Positions 31,429 through 42,970 of a stretch of DNA of 64,000 nt are shown here, piece by piece. Position 1 is the first letter of the stretch. The number at the start of each line of letters is the position of its first letter. Under the pieces are notes generated by a model. That model was not told the DNA's origin, searched no databases, and worked only from the letters and a program-made list of their open reading frames with translations. The stretch is taken from positions 352,001-416,000 of the forward strand of contig CAWGMQ010000007.1 of the NCBI GenBank assembly GCA_963823665.1. The letters run 5' to 3'. The DNA is from an uncultured Planctomycetota bacterium (lineage in GTDB: Bacteria > Planctomycetota > Planctomycetia > Isosphaerales > Isosphaeraceae). The position numbers and the translations under genes are program-made.

Positions 31429-32437
31429 TCACTGATCGGTCTTCGCATAGTCTTCAGGCTTCAATCCCTTTTTGAACCCTTTGAAGCCGAATGGCGTCGG
31501 GTGGTATTCACCCACGAGCGCGACGTCGCAGCGCTCCGGGATCTTCTCCTTCAGCCCCACGGCCCAGTAGGCGGCATTCACCAGCAGCCGGCGAACTCCT
31601 TCGCTTTCGAGGTCGGTGGCGGCGCCCATCGTCGTGGTGAAGATGCGTGCCTTCTTGCCGCTTTCACCCGTGTACGTCTTGATCCAGGCGACGGGCATCA
31701 TCGGATCGTTCTTCTTGCCCTCGAGCGGCTTGTCATCGGGCTTCATGCCCTGGAGCACCTGGCCGAGGATGATCGGTGTGCAGTCGGCGGGAGGGTGGGC
31801 CTCATAAACATCCGTCGGGCCCCAGATGTCGCCGTCCTTGATGCCACGCACGATCGGGTTTTCGTTCGCGCCCGGAGCGACGATGCCGCGAGTGCTCTCC
31901 TTGCCGTGGTTCCCGTGGTGGCTTACCCAGGTGTCGCCCAGCACCTGGCGGCCGAAGCCGCCATTCCATTCCTTGCTGTTCCACGTGTACTTTGCATAGG
32001 TCTTGCCCGTCAGGTTGAAGGCGTGCGTGGCGGTGCGCATGCCGATGATCGGGCGGCCGGATTCGACGTAGTCGACCACTTCCTTCATCTGGTCGTCCGG
32101 AAGGTTGCGGAACCTTGTGGCGATGATCATCAGGTCGGCCGAGCGCAGCGATTCGAGGCCGGGGATATTGTCGTTCCGGGTCGGGTCGATCGTGCCGTCT
32201 TTCGCGATGGCGAAGAGGACCGTGCACTTGAAGCCGTGACGCTTCGCAAGGATTTTGGCCAGTTGGGGGAGTGCTTCTTCGGATCGATACTCCTCGTCGC
32301 CGCTCAGCAGGACGATGTGCTTTCCCTTGCCCGGGGCCATCCGTTCCCTCGAAGACGAGCCAGGGGTCGGCCGCGTCGGCGGCGACGCTGGAAAAAAGGG
32401 GCAAGACGAGTGCCAGCGCGGTAGTGAGCCTTGCCAT
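31429..32437 (-). CDS. Secreted ThuA-like domain protein; frameshift near 32333
   Basis: Signal MARLTTALALVLPLFSSVAADA; GKHIVLLSGDEEYRSEEALPQLAKIL; GMRTATHAF; RIFTTTMGAATDL. Confidence 0.85.
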
Positions 32438-32501
32438 TTTGCTGCCACGTTGATTCGCGGTTCCACTCAATTGAAACACGGTCAAGCCTTTCTGGAAGAA
32501 G

Positions 32502-33945
32502 TCACTTCCCGGTGGCGAGCTGCAACGTGCAGCTCAGCGCGAGCACGGCCTTGACCACGTTGCCGTACACGTCGGTCAAGCGGTAGTCGCGGCCGGAGTG
32601 GCGGTACGTCAGCTTTTCGTGGTTGAGCCCCAGCAAATGCAAGATGGTGGCGTGCAGGTCGTGAATATGCACCCGGTCTTCGACGGCGTCCCAGCCGAAT
32701 TCGTCGGTTGCGCCAAAGGTCATGCCGCCGCGAACGCCACCGCCGGCGAGCCACATCGTGAAGCCATACGGGTGGTGATCGCGGCCGTCGGTTCCTTCGG
32801 CGGCGGGGGTCCGGCCGAACTCGCCGCCCCAGATCACCAGCGTTTCGTCAAGCAGGCCGCGGGCTTTCAGATCGATGAGCAACCCGGCGATGGGCGAGGT
32901 CCGTCGCCAGCGCGTTGCGTGCGTGGCCGCCCTTCAGGTCGCTGTGCTGGTCCCAGGGCTGGAAGCCGCCGCTCGTGTGATAGAGCTGCACGAAGCGAAC
33001 GCCTCGCTCCACCAGGCGGCGCGCCAGCAGGCACTGGCGGCCGAAGACATCGGTTTGCTCGCGATCAATGCCGTAGAGCCGCCTGGTCGAGGGGCTTTCG
33101 CGAGTCAGGTCGAAGGCGTCCGGGGCCTCTCGCTGCATGCGAAACGCCAGCTCGAATGATTCGATCCGCGCGCTTAACCGGGTGTCATCCGGCCGTGCTT
33201 TCCAGATGGAGCTCATTGAGCCGCCCGAGCACATCGAGCTCGGCGCGCTGCTGGAGGGGGCTCACGCGCGGATTCTTGAGGTTGCGAATCGGGTTTTGCA
33301 GGTCGGAGACGAACGTGCCCTGATATGCGGCGGGAAGAAAGCGGCGCCGTACTGGCGTGCTCCTTCGATCAGCGGGCCGGGCCCGATGGCGATGAAGCCG
33401 GGCAGGTTCTGGTTCTCGGTTCCGAGGCCGTAGGTCACCCAGGCACCCAGGCTCGGGCGCGTGGCCACCCGCTCGCCCGTATTCATCAAGAGGCAGCCGC
33501 CGGGGTGATTCACGTCGTCGCCGATCATCGAGCGAATCACGCAGAGCGAGTCCGCACACGAGCCGACGTGCGGAAACAGCTCGCTCACATCCAGCCCCGA
33601 CTCGCCGTGGTTGCGGAACTTCCAGGGTGATGCGAGCAGTTTTCTGGTCTGGCCGAGGTAGGCCTTGGGCGAAGGCTTCCCGTTGTCTCGAGCGAGCCGC
33701 GGCTTGGGGTCAAACGTGTCGACCTGCGAAGGGCCGCCGGGCATGAACAGGAAGATCACGCGGCGAGCCCGGGCGGCGAGGTGCGGCCGGCGGGGTGCCA
33801 GAGGGTCGGCCGCTCCTGCTGGTGCGGCCACCTGGTCGTGGAGCAGAGCCGCCAGCGCCACCGAGCCGAAGCCGGCGCCGGCCCGCCGCAGGATTTCGCG
33901 GCGGCTTGCTCGTGCTCTGAAGTTGTCGCCTTCCATCGTGGCCAC
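32502..33945 (-). CDS. DUF1501 family protein (Tat-type leader); several frameshifts (~33335, ~33200, ~32895)
   Basis: [78 protein letters not shown], spread over four ORF pieces. Confidence 0.88.
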
Positions 33946-33961
33946 TCCATTACTGCCAGCG

Positions 33962-36900
33962 TCAGTCTATATAGAGAAACTCGCTCTGGGAAACGATCAA
34001 CTGGCAATAACGCTCCCATCCCACGGCGCCGGGCTCCGCCGCCAGAAATCGCAAGCCGAGGTCGAGCTCCTCGGGACCAGGAGGCCGGCCGAGAGCCAGG
34101 GCATAGAGCCGCCTGATTCTCGGCTCGCTCGCCGCGGATTCTTCGCTCACGATTCTTGCGGCGAGCGCTTGAGCCAGGGTATTCACAAACGGGTCGTTGA
34201 GGAAAAAAAGGGCCTGGGGGGCGACGACCGACTCGCCTCGCTTGCCGACGATCGACCCGGGATCTGCCCGGTCGAACACGCGGCCGAAATCGGTTGTGGA
34301 CGGGCCCGTGCGCACGGATTGAAGATACACGGTGCGCCGCGGAACGGCCAGATCCGCGAACGATGGCCCGCCCATGCTGCCGCCCAATCGCCCGGCCACA
34401 CGCAGTAAACTGTCACGAATCGATTCCGCGTCGAGGCGCCGCCGGCTCATCCGCGTGAAGAGACGATTATCAGGGTCTTTGGCCAGCACCTCCGTGGCGA
34501 CGCGGCTGCTTTGCTGATAAGCCGACGATAACATGATCGAGCGATGCATCGCCTTCAACGACCACCCCGATTCGATGAACCGGGCGGCAAGCCAGTCGAG
34601 CAGGGCGGGATTTGACGGCCGCTCTCCGCGTTCGCCGAAATCGTTGGGCGTGCGCACCAGGGCCTCGCCGAAGTGGTGCTGCCAGATCCGATTGACCATA
34701 ACGCGGGCCGTGAGCGGGTTGTCGCCGCGCGCCAGCCATTCCGCGAGCTCGCGCCGGCCGCTTCCGCGGGTAATTTGAAGCGGGGTTTGGTGGCTCGCCT
34801 GCAAGCTTCTGGGCACACCGCGTGGCACGGTTTTTCCCAGCGCTTCGAGTTGCCGCGGAGGAAGACCGGGGCGTCCTTGAATCCCTCGTGGCGCGTGCCC
34901 TTGGGGCCGCCGTCTTGCACGACGACGGCGCGGGGAAAGTCACGCGGCGGTTTTTTCTGGAGAGCTTCCAGCTCCCGGCTCATGCTTTCCAGCCGCAATC
35001 GCTCGCCCGCTGGAAGCATGGCGAGCCGCTGGCCCTCAGGCAGCCAGAAGGGACCGCGGGCGGAGAGCCATTCGTCGAGCAGCTCCGTCAGGGCGTCGGT
35101 GCGGATGGGCTCGGGCGCGGCAGGTTCGAGCCAGCGCATGCGCAACTCGGCTTCCACCCGTTCGCGCTCGGCTTGCGTGAGCTGGCGGTTGTAAACGCGC
35201 ACCTCGGCGAGCTCTCCCTGGAAGCGCGGGCTGGCGCCGGAGCCAGGTCCACCCAGGCGCAGAGCCGCGATGTCCGGGCCGGACGAGAGGGCGTCGATGC
35301 CCTTACCTTGGCCCGCCGGTGCTCCGTTGCGGTGGAGCGTGACACCTTGCGGGCCCCAGGTGAGGCAGACCAGCTCCAGAGCCGCGATCCCTCGTGTGTC
35401 GACCAGGTCGCCGGAGCGACCGTCATTGCGGAGGATCGCATGCAGCCGCCCGGGTTTCTCGAGCATCAGGCCCAGTCCGTGCTTGCCGGTGTCGGCATCT
35501 TCCCAGCCGAGCAGACGGTGGCCCGGTCGGGCGCGGGGATCCGGCCGGAAGACGGCGAAGAGGCTGCCCGCCGCGGGAATCCGGCGCGGAAAGGCCAGCA
35601 GCGATTCGCCGTCAAACCTCAGCACGGAGCGGGTGCGGCCATTGATCGCAACGCTAGTCTTCAAGGGGCCGTGCAGCGGACTGACGGGCCGTGCGTCAGA
35701 GGGCAGCGAGCCCCGGTTGGGCCAGAGCAGGACGCGGCCGTCGTCGCCCACGGGCAGGTGAGGGTCGTCGGCGCGCAAGCTGATCAAGCAGGAGTCGTGC
35801 AGCGAAAGTTCGGCGGAGCGTGCTGGGAGGCCCTTTGACTTGCTGGCGGCTTGCGCGGCGAGCTCTCGACCGAGGGCCGCCGCCTTTTCCTCGAGCCGTG
35901 GGGCGACGAGCGTTCCGGCGGCTGTGTCTCGCACTGTCTGGTGCCGCTCGATCGAGGGCTGCGCCGCGACGCGAGCCAGGTAGTCGATGAATCCGGCCAG
36001 GAGTTTCTCATCGATGTGTTTCTGGCTGGCGAGGGCAGCCAAAGAGGTTTTTTGACTTCCAATCGGGTGGCGGCGGTAATCGCTGGCCGCAACCAGATAT
36101 AATGCTGTTTTTTCTGTGATCACACGACGAAGGAACGCGACATAGGCGCGGTCGGCCGCGTCGGGGAGCTGTTGCTCGAGCTCGGCCTTGCGGCGCTTGT
36201 CGGCGGCGTCCTGTGCCTCGATCGTTTTCAGCTCGTCGGGCGAAAGGAGGGGTACTCGGACGAGAGGCGTGTTGCCGGCGATGGGCGCCGGGATGAGTCG
36301 GGTGCTGAAGAAGATGCCGGCCAGGGCGTAGTAATCCTCGGTCGAGATCGGGTCGAACTTATGGTCGTGGCAGCGTGCGCAGGCGATCGAGATGCCGAGG
36401 AAGGCCTTGGAGACGACGTCGATCTGGTCATTCACGTAGTCGGCGATCATCTGGTCCTTGTCGACGTCGCCGGGCACGAAATCGGCGATGGCGAGCATGC
36501 CGGTGGCGATGAGTCCATCCTTGTTGATACCGCCGGGCCGGGCGGGTGGGAGCAGGTCGCCGGCGATCTGGTAGCGAATGAAATCAGGGTACGGCAGGTC
36601 TCGGTTAAAGGCTGCGACGACCCAGTCGCGGTAGCGCCAGGATTCGCGGAAATCGCTCTCGGCGGGCAACTGGATGAGGTCGCGCGCGTCGGCGTAGCGG
36701 ACGACGTCGAGCCAGTGGCGGCCCCAGCGCTCGCCGTAGCGCGGAGAGGCGAGGGCGCGATCGACGACGCGTGCGAATGCGTCGGGCGAGTCATCGGCGA
36801 GGAAGGCGTCGATCTCTTCGGGGGCAGGAGGCAGACCGGTCAGGTCGAGCGTGGCGCGCCTGATCAGCGTGCGCCGTTCGGTGGGCTGAGCGGGTTCGAG

Positions 36901-37422
36901 CCCATTCTTCTGGAGCTCGGCCCGGAGGAAGCGATCGATGGGCGATTGGGAGTGTGCGGAGTCGCGGACGACGGGCACGGCGACGGTCTTGACCGGCTCG
37001 AGGGACCAGAACCGTGATCTGGATTCGGTATCTCGCGCATGGGTTTCCGGGGCGCCCGTCGTGCTTGCTCCGCTCGTCTCTGGCCAGGGAAGCTTCATCG
37101 CCACCCAGCGCGACAGGACGTCGATTTCGCGGTCGGGCAGTTTGCCCTTCGGCGGCATTTTCAATTCCTGGTCGTAGCGAACGGCCTGGATCATCCGGCT
37201 GCCGGCGATATCGCCTGCGACTGCGGCGGGGCCGCTGTCTCCGCCTTTGAGGATCAATGCTCGCGAGGTCAGACGGAGGCCGCCCTTGTTCTTCTCGCCG
37301 TTCCCGTGGCACGGCCAGCATTTCTCGACCAGGAGCGGGCGCACGCTCTTTTCGAAGAACTCGGCTTCGTCAGCAAATGATTGTGCGGCGTTGGTTGAAG
37401 ATGGTGCGAGCGCAGCCATCAC
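33962..37422 (-). CDS. PSD1/PSCyt (DUF1549+DUF1553) planctomycete cytochrome-c protein with inserted LamG/ConA-like domain; frameshift near 34840
   Basis: CWPCH heme motif; RYGERWGRHWLDVVRYAD; CARCHDHKFDP; FQGELAEVRVYNRQL (LamG-like); NPLTARVMVNRIWQHHFG; PQALFFLN. Confidence 0.92.
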
Positions 37423-37521
37423 GAGGAGGAGCGCGCCACAGCGAACAATGAGCCACGTTTCCGGTTGCAGGATGAGCCTCCAGTGTGAAGACCCGAGCTG
37501 GGGGGGATACGGTGGGGCAGG

Positions 37522-38442
37522 GTGCGGAGCGCACTGATGCCGACGTCGTTGCTCGCCGAGCAGCGGTGCGGAGTGTTATCGCCTCGACTTCTTGACTTTA
37601 TCACTTGCGGGAGATGCTCGCTAGCCGTCAAAACCAAGGATCTGACCGCCTGCCTGTCCTATTGCCGTCAGTTGACAGACGAGGTCCAGGACCGGGACAG
37701 CACGACCGATGCCCGCTACCTGGGTGCTTACTGCCTCAACGCCCTCCGCAAGTTTGCGGATTCGGAGGCCTGGGTGGACCGGCTCTTCAACCCGGCGCGC
37801 TCGCTGGAAGAGGCATGGCGGCGGCTCCTCGGCGCACAGCGGGATCTGCTTCTTGGAGAAGTTGACTCGGCGCGAGGCGCGATGGATTCCCTGAACACCG
37901 ACTTTCCCGACCTCGATGATGAAGAACGCCACGACCTGCTCCTGAAGACATCCTTCCTCCTCCGCCTGAACGGCCGCGCGGACCGCGCCCGTGAATTGAT
38001 CGGGGCCGAGCTGCTCCTCTGCTCCGGCCGGCCGGAAGACCAGGTGGAGTCGCTTCTTGACGAACTTGAGGCGGCCTTCGGCGACGACCGCCATGCCGAC
38101 TTCCTGACCGCCCTGGGTCGTTTGTCTGGCGATCGAAAGGCCCCGGTCGTGGTTCGCGTATCGGCCCGCGACCGTCACACCGAAGCTCTGAGGGGTGACG
38201 AGCACCCGGAAGAGGCGGAGGCGATGCTGCGTGAGGCGCTCGCGGGCGAAACCGCTGAATTCCCGCGATGCCGCGCGGCCATGAAGCTGGCCGAGATTCT
38301 GGCCGATGACCTCGAGAAACCTGACGAGGCGCTAAAGCTCCTTGACCAGCTCCGCACGCAGCTCAAGCGCCGCGATCTCATCAACGAGCTGCGGGAGGCT
38401 GCCGAGGGTATCAAGAAACAGGCGGAGCAGGGCGATGATTGA
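37522..38442 (+). CDS. TPR-like helical hypothetical protein (start uncertain)
   Basis: Amphipathic helical repeats, e.g. AAMKLAEILADDLEKPDEALKLLDQL. Confidence 0.55.
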   Translation: MRSALMPTSLLAEQRCGVLSPRLLDFITCGRCSLAVKTKDLTACLSYCRQLTDEVQDRDSTTDARYLGAYCLNALRKFADSEAWVDRLFNPARSLEEAWRRLLGAQRDLLLGEVDSARGAMDSLNTDFPDLDDEERHDLLLKTSFLLRLNGRADRARELIGAELLLCSGRPEDQVESLLDELEAAFGDDRHADFLTALGRLSGDRKAPVVVRVSARDRHTEALRGDEHPEEAEAMLREALAGETAEFPRCRAAMKLAEILADDLEKPDEALKLLDQLRTQLKRRDLINELREAAEGIKKQAEQGDD

Positions 38443-38476
38443 CGAACCAAGCGAACGCCCAGTGCGGCGAGAATCT

Positions 38477-38590
38477 GTGGTCGATTGTCAGCCGCGGCAA
38501 TGCCCGCTGTAGCTCTTTCATTTCGGCGTCGGTGACCTGGGTGTGGTTGAAACCGAGTTCGGTAAGGTGAGTCAGCCCCTTCAATCGAGC
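38477..38590 (-). pseudogene. Leucine-rich-repeat gene C-terminal remnant
   Basis: Minus strand LKGLTHLTELGFNHTQVTDAEMKELQRALPRLTIDH is the last LRR plus the typical planctomycete LRR cap; no upstream body. Confidence 0.6.
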
Positions 38591-38949
38591 TCATCGGTGG
38601 ACTCCGCGTGGGGCAGAACAGCGTCTTCGTAGGTTTCGTATCAGATTCCCGACCGTAATGCCAGTCGATGAAACGCCGGAAAAGGCCTCTCGTCTTCCAG
38701 AGCAACCATTGTGCTTAACAACGCCGAAACTTTCATAAGAAAGCTGGACTCCGTGACCCTAAAGCCCATTCAGCCACCATATTCGGAAATATCAATACAA
38801 CGCGAGAAAGCAATAAAGTGCCCGGCTTCACCCGGCCGATTTCCTTGCAGTCGGGCGATCGGCGCCCTGGCACATTTCGCGACTGACGGGCGAGGACGGC
38901 CCGAGAATCAAGTCTATGTATACATGATAATGGAGCCTGGAGGAAAGTC

Positions 38950-41373
38950 ATGAGGCGAATTCACATACTTCTGGCCCCATGGCTCTGCCTGCTGGTCGGG
39001 CTCTCGGGCTGCCATCACCCGTCGATCACGGCGGTGTCGCTTGATCATTATTGTGATCATAAATGGGCATTCTTGTATGATCCATGCAAGGACAAGGAGG
39101 GAATTCCATTCTACCTGCCCAAGCCGCTCTTGATCGTCGCCAAGAATTTCCGGAACATCGAGGAAACCAAAGTCGGACTGACCCAGGGCGCACCGATCCC
39201 GAATTTCTTTGACGACCAGGCGAAATACGCTGACCTGAACGCACGAACGAACTTTAACGGTCTTAATGGGACTAATGGGACCGGTTCCACCGACGTCTCC
39301 CCCAACGAGACGTTTCCGACCGGGACAACCGCGAGCGAGCTTGCTACTTCTGCCCCTGCAAATATTTATTCGAGCAACGGCGCGCCGCTCAGCCCTGGAA
39401 ACGCACCCAGCGACGGGTTGAAACCCGAGACGTTTTACACATATCACATCGTTTTCGTTCCGGACATGACGCAGAAATTCGCGCTCAAGATCAACGGTGG
39501 TGTCGGCGAGATCAGGGCGGCCATGAACCTCGTCAACGGCTGGCAATTCACCGGGCTCGGTCCGTATTACATGAAGGATAGCTCAACGGCTCAGAATACG
39601 CTGGCGAGCGGAATCACGGCGAATCTTGCCGCCAGTGGGGTCGCGGATGTGGTGAGCGCCGTCGCCAACATCAAGCCGCCGGCCGGTCAGGTTGCCAAGC
39701 CCGACGTAGCGCCGCCGCCAGGCGGAGCGAACACGCCGGCACCTCTGCCAGTCGACGCGACTCGGGTTCAAGCGGTTCACAACCTGATGCGTTCGCTTAA
39801 CCCGAAGACGTTGACCCTCACTGGATTCGCGGAGATCAGCATCTATGAGCCGTACATCGCGCCGGAAGGCACGATGGAATGGCGGCTCATCACCAAGCAG
39901 TCATTCGACAGAGACCACCTCTCCATCAGCGCTTCAGTCGACGAGGTGATGGCGATGCTCAAAGCCGCGACCACGACGTCCGGAGCGGCACCCGCGGCTG
40001 GTAACGGAAACACAGGCGCGGCCGCGCAAGGGCCGAGCGGACAAGCACAAGCGTCGGGGGGCAACGCCCAGGGCGCGGGTCTGGGGGGGGGTGGGACGGC
40101 AGTCCCGCCCGCGACAACCCCCCCGACGCCTGCCGCAGACCCCGAGGGCGCGGGTTTGCCGCCCGCGCAAGGCGGCGGGTCCGCGGGTGCGGCTAAAGGC
40201 CATGCAGGTGCCGCCGAACCGGCTCCGGCCGCGGTCGACCCGGCGCAAAACCCGCAGACGCCAGTCGACAAGTCCGGGTCGCCTCCGGCGCCGGCTGCCT
40301 CGCCGGGTTCAGCGGCCCGGTCGCCGCGAAGCGGCAGTCCAGCGACGAGATCGCCAATCAGCCGAGGCAACAACGCACCTCCGCCGCTGCAAGGCCCGAA
40401 AGTCTCGTCTACGACCAGGTCAAGGATCCCCCCGCCGCTGGAAATGGCGGGCGCGGGCCCGAAGTCAGACGCTTCGCTCGTGCGCTCGCAGATGCAGGCC
40501 CCCGCGTTCCTTGATGCCCACCTCGCTGCAAGCGCTCTCGCCCAAACCGACGGTGCGTCCACCACGTTCCTCACACTTGATCCGCTCGTTCAATCCTCGG
40601 GGGATTCGCTCACTTCGAGGAGTCCTCAGCCCTCCATTGATGTGCATAACGCGCCCCCAAACACCACGCTCACGCTCTTTCGAGATCAGGTACCAGTCAA
40701 CAGCATCACCACTGGATCCATCCCCATCGGTACTGTCCTCCCAATTCCGGATAGTGGTGGCGTGCCGGCTCCGGGCAGTTACACATATCAAGTCGTGCAA
40801 AGTGAACCAAATCAGCAACCGGTCGTATTCGGCCCGCTCAAAATCACTGTGCTAACCGGCAACAATCAAGCCGGCGCGAATCCCAGCGGAGCGGTCACAC
40901 CGACCGGCCGTACGAATAACGCGACTACTGGGACCGGCAACAATACAGCGACCCCCCCCGCGACCAACGGAACAGCCGTCGCTCCAGGGACACTGACCAG
41001 TCAGGCTTCTAATGCTGTGCTCAACCAGTTTCTCGGTCAATTCGGATCGGTCGCGAGCGCCACGTCGGCCAAAGCGAACACTGCGCCCGTGGCCGCTCCG
41101 GTGACGCCGGTCGTACCGGTGACAACCGCAACCCCGGGAAATACGGTGACTCTCAACCAGTTCTTTGGCAAGGTCAAGACAGCCCCCGCCTCAACCGCTG
41201 CGCCTCGTCGATTCTCGCTCTTCCATCAAAAGGACAACAAGACAATCAAAACGGTCGCGTTGAACGGGATTGAGAGCCAAGCGCTCGTCGCGGCCGCTCC
41301 GACAGTTCCGACAGTGCCCACGCTTCCGGCCGGGGGCACAGCCGCCCCCGCTTCGTCGCTGCCATCGCCTTGA
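38950..41373 (+). CDS. Large lipoprotein: conserved N-terminal domain, Pro/Ala/Gly linker, Ig-like domain, Thr/Ala-rich tail
   Basis: GGAGG RBS; lipobox LSGC at residue 21; GIPFYLPKPLLIV; IVFVPD...NLVNGWQFTGLG. Confidence 0.8.
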   Translation: MRRIHILLAPWLCLLVGLSGCHHPSITAVSLDHYCDHKWAFLYDPCKDKEGIPFYLPKPLLIVAKNFRNIEETKVGLTQGAPIPNFFDDQAKYADLNARTNFNGLNGTNGTGSTDVSPNETFPTGTTASELATSAPANIYSSNGAPLSPGNAPSDGLKPETFYTYHIVFVPDMTQKFALKINGGVGEIRAAMNLVNGWQFTGLGPYYMKDSSTAQNTLASGITANLAASGVADVVSAVANIKPPAGQVAKPDVAPPPGGANTPAPLPVDATRVQAVHNLMRSLNPKTLTLTGFAEISIYEPYIAPEGTMEWRLITKQSFDRDHLSISASVDEVMAMLKAATTTSGAAPAAGNGNTGAAAQGPSGQAQASGGNAQGAGLGGGGTAVPPATTPPTPAADPEGAGLPPAQGGGSAGAAKGHAGAAEPAPAAVDPAQNPQTPVDKSGSPPAPAASPGSAARSPRSGSPATRSPISRGNNAPPPLQGPKVSSTTRSRIPPPLEMAGAGPKSDASLVRSQMQAPAFLDAHLAASALAQTDGASTTFLTLDPLVQSSGDSLTSRSPQPSIDVHNAPPNTTLTLFRDQVPVNSITTGSIPIGTVLPIPDSGGVPAPGSYTYQVVQSEPNQQPVVFGPLKITVLTGNNQAGANPSGAVTPTGRTNNATTGTGNNTATPPATNGTAVAPGTLTSQASNAVLNQFLGQFGSVASATSAKANTAPVAAPVTPVVPVTTATPGNTVTLNQFFGKVKTAPASTAAPRRFSLFHQKDNKTIKTVALNGIESQALVAAAPTVPTVPTLPAGGTAAPASSLPSP

Positions 41374-41718
41374 GTTAGAGCGCGAACAGCGCGTGGACCG
41401 GACCTCGTGTACGAGAGCGGCCGATCTGGAACCTTTGGTTGCAGAGTGCGTTCTCGATATCGCCGCGTTTCTCCGCGCCCGCGACGCCACCGGTTTCTGT
41501 CCTCAATTCGTGTGATGACGACGCGACGAATCAAGATCAGTCTTTGCGAATGCCGCGCGCGAAAAAAAGCTCTCGAGACTTGACCGCGGTCCTCAGCCAG
41601 TCGAGAATCGACAGTCGTGTAGGTATTGCAGAAGATCGTTGTGCAGTTAGCGTGGCGCGTGCACACGCGGCTCTTCGGTTGTTGATATTCGCCGCGTCGA
41701 GCGCGGTCGAGGCACCAA

Positions 41719-42426
41719 ATGTTAGTCGACTTTGAGCAAGAATGGGGAGATTGGCCGCAGATCGTTACGGTGCTTTCGCATTTCCCCACGCTTCGAAATT
41801 TCCCATTTCCCTACACGCTTGGGTCTGGCACTCTGATCAATAGCCAGGCCGTGCTCACTGCGGCGCACGTCATCTACGACCCGACATACGGCGGGTGGGC
41901 CGACTCGTTCGATATTTTCTTTGGCGATGGCAGCTCACAGGTCGGTGTGCCGATTGGGCAGGCGAGGGTGCGCACGGAATGGGTTGCGAACAACACGGTC
42001 GACTCGCTGTCCAGCGTGGACGCCGGAGTGATCTTATTGCCGCAGCAGTCCAATCTGCCGTTTGCCACGCCAGATGTTGGGGACCCTAGCGTGCTTGACG
42101 GTTTTCCAATCGACGTGCTCGGTTTTTCCGGTGGTGACGAGGCCATGTGTCCCCCGTACGGGCACTTGGCGCTCGCCGAAACAACCGCGAGCAACGAAAA
42201 CACACCCTCGGAAGACATCTTTTTTCGTGTCGGGTATAGCGATTTTGTGTGCGAAGGAATGAGCGGAGGGCCCGTGATACGCGTCGACGAGTTCAACAAT
42301 GGAACTTTCCGCGTCCGTGCCGTTCATACGTCGCTTTACCCTGACGTCAATGGCCTCGGCAATGGCCTGATGCTTTATCCGGATCTGCTCGCCCAGGTTC
42401 AGCGCTGGGCGGTCGGCTTGACCTGA
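41719..42426 (+). CDS. Trypsin-like (V8/glutamyl-endopeptidase-like) serine protease
   Basis: GSGTLI..VLTAAHV; DAGVILL; GMSGGPV; RAVH. Full catalytic triad; no signal peptide visible. Confidence 0.85.
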   Translation: MLVDFEQEWGDWPQIVTVLSHFPTLRNFPFPYTLGSGTLINSQAVLTAAHVIYDPTYGGWADSFDIFFGDGSSQVGVPIGQARVRTEWVANNTVDSLSSVDAGVILLPQQSNLPFATPDVGDPSVLDGFPIDVLGFSGGDEAMCPPYGHLALAETTASNENTPSEDIFFRVGYSDFVCEGMSGGPVIRVDEFNNGTFRVRAVHTSLYPDVNGLGNGLMLYPDLLAQVQRWAVGLT

Positions 42427-42490
42427 TTTCGCGGAGCGCGCCCTATTTTGGCCAATCGACTAAGGTCAGACTGTGATTCGGGAGAAGACC

Positions 42491-42925
42491 ATGCCGACGG
42501 ATTCCAAAAGACCGACCTTGCGTTCCTGCACGGCTCAGGCGCCGGTTGTGCTGGCACTACTCGACGTCAAGCGCGACGCTGGATCAGCCCAGAAGAGCGA
42601 GAAAGCTGCCGCTCCAAAGCGAACTCCTGCCCCGAGCGGCGCGGAGTCGCCGTCGCCGACGTATGGACCGTGCGGCGGCAAGGAACGCGCGATCGTCAAG
42701 ATCCTGCACAAACTCAATCGACTCAGCAGGTTGCGAACGCTCTCTGTCACCGAGCAAGCGCTCGTCGCCGGCGCCAAAATCAACGTTGAAAAACTCGCCG
42801 AGGCATGTGGCGCGACTCTCAAACGCAAGGATTCGGACGCGACTGCCCGTCGGCCGTCGGCTGCGCCCTCGCTGGCGCAGGGAGCTAACTACTCTGTCAG
42901 CGGCAAGCAGGAACTCAAGTCCTGA
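42491..42925 (+). CDS. Small basic hypothetical protein
   Basis: GGAGA RBS before ATG 42491; co-directional with the protease gene. Confidence 0.45.
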   Translation: MPTDSKRPTLRSCTAQAPVVLALLDVKRDAGSAQKSEKAAAPKRTPAPSGAESPSPTYGPCGGKERAIVKILHKLNRLSRLRTLSVTEQALVAGAKINVEKLAEACGATLKRKDSDATARRPSAAPSLAQGANYSVSGKQELKS

Positions 42926-42970
42926 TCTTTCAACCCGAGCCGAGCGTGAGCGAGACGACCGCCGTTCCAA

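Noticed and set aside
38868..38883. Second sigma-54 promoter (TGGCAC...) upstream of the lipoprotein
   Set aside because: The -12 GC is not at the required GG-N10-GC spacing.
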